Assembly (NCBI GenBank): GCA_024704765.1 | Contig: JAKMXF010000078.1 | Span: 1 to 41,454 of the forward strand | Length of the DNA: 41,454 nucleotides | Reading direction: 5' to 3' | Origin: Oopsacas minuta | Lineage: Eukaryota > Animalia > Porifera | Shown: positions 36,019 to 41,454 of the stretch, in pieces | Position numbering within the stretch: the stretch's first letter is position 1 | Layout: each line of letters opens with the position of its first letter | Translations under genes and position numbers: made by a program | The notes under the pieces: generated by a model | The model's database searches: none | Seen by the model: only the letters and a program-made list of their open reading frames with translations | Told to the model about the DNA's origin: nothing

Positions 36019-36141
36019 GAAGAATTGGCTTTCGAAGCTAATACTTCAAACCATGTGAACCAGAGTGAGGTTACCTCAATTGTCCAAAGTCATTTTGACA
36101 GAACAAAATATTCGGATCTCTATTATACCGATAATCTTGAG

Positions 36142-36570
36142 CAGGGGTGAGCAAACCTTTTCTGCGCGGACGCATTCTATTTCCAAATCTTATGCGCGCT
36201 GTATTAGCCTACGAATAAGTTCCATGTTCTAATTTTTTATGGAAACTCTACTAGCTAATTGTACTATAAACAATAATTACGTAATAATTAACTATTATTG
36301 TTTATTGAGAGCAATGTAGCTGATTCTTGAAATATTCGAAACCGTACCAAAAGATAGTTCTAGTATTACAAAGCTAAAACGAATTCATTAATAGGTCAGG
36401 AAGGTATCGCGGAAAGTTGACTTTGTCTCAATTTCAACATCTTCTAGATCACTTAATCAAATTTTCTATGGGACCAAATTTCCGAATGCGTAAGGAGAGT
36501 AAGACAGTGATCAAATAATTAGAGTACTCAAAAAAATTAAGCCAAGAGAGCCGTAATTTGCTCACCCCTG
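36142..36570. mobile_element. hAT MITE (429 bp)
   Basis: Perfect 14-bp TIRs CAGGGGTGAGCAAA / TTTGCTCACCCCTG. Flanks ATCTTGAG and ATCTAGGC are a degenerate 8-bp TSD (5/8). Confidence 0.8.
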
Positions 36571-36661
36571 ATCTAGGCCATGTATCTATATATCGGGTGT
36601 AAAATTGAAACAGGGGACATTTTGGATACTCTAGGTTTCACTGTTGCAGTTTTTAGACATA

Positions 36662-37927
36662 CAGGGTTAGGCATAAGTCCTGCAACAAAATTTATATTTA
36701 GCTAGAGGTTCTGCGAATGGTTTTAGGTGAATATATATTTATCATATATTATCTTCAATATCTTTTTAAACAGTATTTAGAGTATTGAGTCCTGCTAGAA
36801 AAATATTTTTGATTAATTGACAAAGAAGCAAAACGGTCATTGATAATCTTGTATCATAATGAAGGCAAGTCAGCTTCGTAGTATCAAAAATAATGTCCAT
36901 AAACAGATGGATAGTCTATCATACAATCAAACGCTACAAGGAGACTAGCAGTACCCAGAACAGGTTCAGAAAAGGTAGACCTCGTTCTGTTCGTACTCTT
37001 GCTGTTAGGGAGCTCGTCCGGGAGAGGGTCATCAAGAATCCTGCCAGAAGCATCCAAAGCATGGCTTAAGACTTCAATATTTCGACCAGAAGTATGGGAA
37101 GGCTAGTAAGAGAGGATTTAGGCTTGAGATACTACAAATTTCGAGAAGTACAGTTACTTTCTGGGGTGAATAAGAGGCATAGGTATGAAAAATGTCTGAT
37201 TCTGAGAAAATGGTTCACTGGTGGCCCCCGCACCAGAGTATTGTTTTCTCCGCTGAGAAGATTTTTACCGTAGAAATGGTATATATTCGCCAAAACAGTC
37301 GAATTCTTGCTCCAGATCAAAAGTCTATTTCGCCACCAATAGGCACAATAAAAAAAACTCAGAAACCTGCCTCGGCCATAGTTTGGGGAGCTATTTCCTC
37401 TGATGTTCGGACACCTCTGGTGTTCATTGACAAAGGGGTGAAAATTAACAAAGAGGTGTATGTAGAGAGCATTTTAGAGAACGCATTAGGTGTTCCAGCA
37501 AGATTCCGCTCCCTCCCACAAAGCCAAAATGACATCTGAGTGGTTGAAACTCAATGTACCGAAATTTATATCAATTGAAGAATGCCCACCTCTTCTCCAG
37601 ATCTAAACCCTATGGATATATCTGTATATGGTCCATCTTAGAGTGCAGCGCATGTGCAAAGCCTCACAAGAATGTCGGAAGTCTGAAGTCTTCCTTGAGA
37701 AGAGAATGGGATTTAGTCAGTGTGGACGTGTTGCGTGCTGCTGTCGACAATTTTTATAAGCAATTGAGCCTATGTATCGCAGCAAAGGGCAATACATTAG
37801 AAGAGCTAGACTAATTTCATATCCTTAGCATGTATATTCACTAATTCATAACGAATTTCAACTACTGTTATGGTAAAATAAGAAATATACTAGTTTATAC
37901 TTGTTGCAGGACTTATGCCTAACCCTG
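36662..37927 (+). mobile_element. Near-full-length maT (DD37D) element, pseudogenised
   Basis: TA-CAGGGTTAGGCATAAGTCCTGCAACAA...TTGTTGCAGGACTTATGCCTAACCCTG-TA. IVFSAEKIF (first D changed to A), VWGAISS, and VFQQDSAPSH...SPDLNPMD (about 37 spacing across a frameshift). Short internal deletion before FQQD. Confidence 0.92.
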
Positions 37928-38155
37928 TACTTGCTTGGGTGCCAAAATTCTCCAACCTCAGATACAGTGAACATCCATGCAATTTCGAATCCATGATATG
38001 ATACCAATTTGCTAGTGTAACAACATTACATATAAAGAATACGATCAGGCTGCATAGGAGAATTGGTTGGTCTGGGCTAGAATCGCATATTAATGACTAT
38101 ATACACTAATTCAAATTTATCACTTTTAGTACATTGGATCAGAACATTTAGTATA

Positions 38156-38381
38156 CAGTCTGTCAACTTGAAATTGAGAAAATATTTTTCGATGTTAGAA
38201 TGTTCCTAATTGCATTTTCAAATTGATTATCGTAATAATATTGATAGTTTGTGTTTTTCAACTATTTCTAGTCATTTCTTAACCAACTGAACTTCTCTAG
38301 CTGACTGCAGTTACAAAATATTTCAATTTATACTTAGTTACTAATCAAATATTCTATATAAATATTTATCACTTGAATTTT
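38156..38381 (+). mobile_element. Left end of the Tc1 family whose 3' end is at 21621-22042
   Basis: TA + CAGTCTGTCAACTTGAAATTG is the exact reverse complement of the TIR ending at 22042. Runs into the N at 38382. Confidence 0.75.
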
Positions 38382-39315
38382 NATTTCAAAATACAACTTA
38401 ACCATCAAATATTGATAATACTATATATAGTAGATACATACGTATCTAGAAAATCAAAAAGCATTGTATATAACAAATGCTGAATTGTCAATCATAATCA
38501 GGATTTAATGGGAATGTTAATGTAGCCATATTTGTTGTTTCACAGACTTTAAGTCTAATTAGTATTAGAATATATATACGCTGTAATGGTTTAATCATTT
38601 ATGTTTAATACAATCAATTATGGATAGGTGTTCTTTGTTCAACGTTATAACTCGGAAAATAAAGTCTCAAATGTTAGTAGTGAGTACTAATATCATTATA
38701 TATTGCACAAGGCATTAATGCACATGAATAATACAGAGAAAATAGTATAAAGTAACAGTTTAGATCATTTATGAAAAATTGAAAATCGAGAGGGGTATAT
38801 TCAACAAACGTCAGATATTCACATTTAAGTGGACATATCTCAGAAATGGTTTGTTAGAAGTTCGTAATGTTTTGGGAATTTGTCGCAAATAAAGAATAGA
38901 GGTAATATACATATTCACAATCCAGATATTGAGCCTAGGTAACATTTTTGAGATTTTTAAGCAGAAATGATTCGGATATAACCGAGTCAAAACTGAACAA
39001 AACTTCCAGACTTCACAGATGTCTGTAAATAACAATTTTACACAACAAGCATTGTATTACACAACCCATACCCTCTTTTGTGTTGATAATTTTTTCAATT
39101 TTTTCGTAAAGAATATACACCCGTTTGTTTTTTTTCTGGCATGTACACAAAGAACCTATGTCTAGGAATACATATTTGACCTTAATTATATATGATCTGT
39201 AGTATGAATAATGAAATGCAATTCACCTGCAGTCCTACATTGATCATCAAATGAGATATTCTTCATGGAAAATGTTTGATCAAATATGAACCATGATCAT
39301 GATGATTAGAAGAAG

Positions 39316-40763
39316 CATAGCCTACTATACATAAGGCCTATTCACTTTACTAAACCAGTGATAACTGGGAGACAAGTTGTATTAATTTCAAATTTCAAAA
39401 TTCACTGATTATTAATAGTTATTATCTCCACAAATAGATTATATACTACAATACATGTAATAATAAATATATGTATATATTTATATGAATACTAATAAAT
39501 GAGATTACTTTGAACTAAGTTTTAATATTTTCCTTTCAGAATGGGTATGGGCTATGGATTTATTAATCTTTTTTGCTTTATTATTAAGAAAGGAATTGCT
39601 GGCTGTCATCGGTATAGTGTATAACATCTCTGTTCCGGTTGCATTAAATTGTGAACACTCATTTACCCCTCATCGTTCTCTTCGCTGTCAAGACTTAAGA
39701 GAGCCAGTTCAACTAGTATTGAGTGAGAGTTAGAAGCAACAAAGTGACTTAATATGATCGTGTTCTGTTCAATTCCGGTGAATATTTTCCAAAGAGTAAT
39801 AACTACGTATAAAACAATTTTTCGAAGGCCACTTTAATCTACCGATCAGACAGCTGAATCAATTCGAAAATAGGTGGAATGTTCCAACCATTAGAGTATT
39901 ATCTTGAGTCAAGAAAAGGACGCACTAGTTGCACAATTCGGGGGTTTTAATGAAATTTTTCATCACTGAGAAGGCTGTATAACCAGAGATAAACGCCAAT
40001 GCTCGTTGTGTTGCTAAGTGTGGATCCTCATACTGATTATCGTATTGAAGAGTATACATGTATGTCAACATAGTCACCACAATCTAAAATGTTATCAGAT
40101 GTGAATGTACTTAAGAATTGGAATATAGGTAGCTCTATCTTTTCGGATTATAGCTTGGCGATTGAAGAGTTTTAGAATATTGGATAGTTTTGAAGTCCTC
40201 TCGATCTCAAATACTTGACAAACTGATATATTATAATTCGATCCTGACATTTGTCTGTACAGCCAAAAATGATGCGATAGGATCATTTTGCACAAATGAA
40301 CAGAGTATATAAATATAACCGATATCCTCTGTATGGTATTCAACAGGTTTGGGAAGTGTTATGCAGGAATGTCGAAAGTTTGTCAAAATATGAGGTGTTA
40401 ACTTACCTTGCGGAACTAATGTCCTCCATGCTTCTAGCCAACGAACTATCGAAGATAAATATCTAAATCGGGGTATTCTGCTTGAGCGGTAAGCTTTCTG
40501 GATCGTTTTTATAGATTCCTTTCCGAGGAGTGTTGACATTAATATTTTCCATACTCGACTTACTATTTCAATAAGGCTACTTGTCTGTGATCTGCTGATA
40601 TTGTTCATATTGGATTGATGGATACTTAGAGCAGCAACTTTGGAAGAGTCGAAGATTCGTAGTGCTAATATTACATTCTGTCATTCTAAAGTAGAAGGCC
40701 AACAAGCATTATAAGTTAGCCTCGGTCAAGTTTAGCAACAGATAGCTGTTATGATTTGTATTG
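39316..40763 (-). mobile_element. 3' part of the THAP P-element (transposase C-half and TIR)
   Basis: Minus-strand VAKL.PRLTYNACWPSTLE*QNVILALRIFD, VRWLEAW...GKLT, QNDPI...YRQMSGSNYNISV, LAFISGY, LKWPS and TASNSFLNN. TIR CATAGCCTACTATACATAAGGCC at 39316 is the inverted partner of the end at 36018. Confidence 0.85.
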
Positions 40764-40765
40764 TA

Positions 40766-41454
40766 CAGGGTGTCTCAAAAGTCTCTCCTCTTATGAATAC
40801 CACTATAATATAGAATTTCTTAGATAAATTCATCTAATTATTTGCTTATATATTCACTATTAAGTTTTATACATGAATTAATTCGACTTGGCATCCCATC
40901 AACTAAATTCTCAAGTATCGACGGGCTAATCCCATTCCGTATATTTTCCAAATATTTTCCGAGCTGTGTTAGATTTGTAGCGGGCTTTCTCTTGTCTAGC
41001 TCTGCTTGCATAATAGACCAAAGATTTTCGATGGGGTTTAAATCTGGGGAGTTACTAGGCCAAACTCCTTTCTCCCAAAAGCCAGGTAGATGCTTTGAAA
41101 GCCATTTCTGGGTCCTTATGGCTGTATGGGCAGGGGCGCCATCCTGCATGAAAAATTGTCTCGGACATATTTCGACAGATTTTCCTTTGGGTAAGTAGGG
41201 CTCTAGTCTTTCTACGCTTAAAGGTAGGGAGACAACACTTCTCCAGGATTTAATTAATATAGTAGTCAGTATTCACTGAGTGTTTGAGGGGATGAAGTGT
41301 AGTTCTGATAGCCCTGACCGGCTCATCATTCCCCAGACCATCATTTTCGGAGGGTTTTTGACTGATTCAACTGGGGTAATGTTGTGCGGATTAATGTCCC
41401 AAACACGATCATTCTGCCTATTAGTCGGATGGGAAAGCTCAAAAGGGCTTTCAT
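40766..41454 (-). mobile_element. 3' half of a Tc1-like DD37E (TRT/ITmD37E-type) element, runs off the window
   Basis: TA + TIR CAGGGTGTCTCAAAAG at 40766. ORF 41149-40838 MQDGAPAH...[12 protein letters not shown] has 37 residues between D and E. Upstream NRQNDRVW and MVWGMMS; frameshifted. Confidence 0.88.

Noticed and set aside
38760-39130. Possible small inverted-repeat element (TGAAAAATTGAAAA...GAGGG / CCCTC...TTTTCAATTTTT)
   Set aside because: The match is short, low-complexity and AT-rich, with no TSD, so it cannot be supported.
39540-39611. Apparent plus-strand 72-bp exon (WVWAMDLLIFFALLLRKELLAVI) with AG/GT borders
   Set aside because: It is the antisense of the P-element transposase C-terminus (MTASNSFLNNKAKKINKS) and lies inside the element's TIR.

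Overview
AT-rich eukaryotic draft-scaffold window, most likely an invertebrate animal (inference from spliceosomal introns and the transposon families present). It is not prokaryotic, and I see no operons, rRNA, tRNA or CRISPR. It is mostly nested, decayed DNA transposons: Tc1/mariner of DD34D, DD34E, DD37D and DD37E types, several hAT elements and MITEs, a complete Chapaev3, a THAP/P-element, a Helitron Rep, a Tigger-like MITE, a 2.5 kb foldback element, and an intron-containing Ginger-type integrase gene. Only two host-gene pieces are recognisable: the terminal exon of an alanine aminotransferase (3022-3630, -) and the terminal exon of a thiolase (25116-25597, +). There are two main results. 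(1) Removing a Chapaev3 and a mariner at their target-site duplications rebuilds an OTU cysteine-protease/deubiquitinase domain downstream of, and colinear with, the Ginger integrase. (2) Six single N bases split the window into seven contigs, and split elements only rejoin (TIRs, TSDs, reading frames, a 136-bp exact overlap) if the contigs are read in reverse order with each keeping its orientation, so adjacency across an N should not be trusted. All coordinates were read by eye. Boundaries without a TIR/TSD anchor are approximate.
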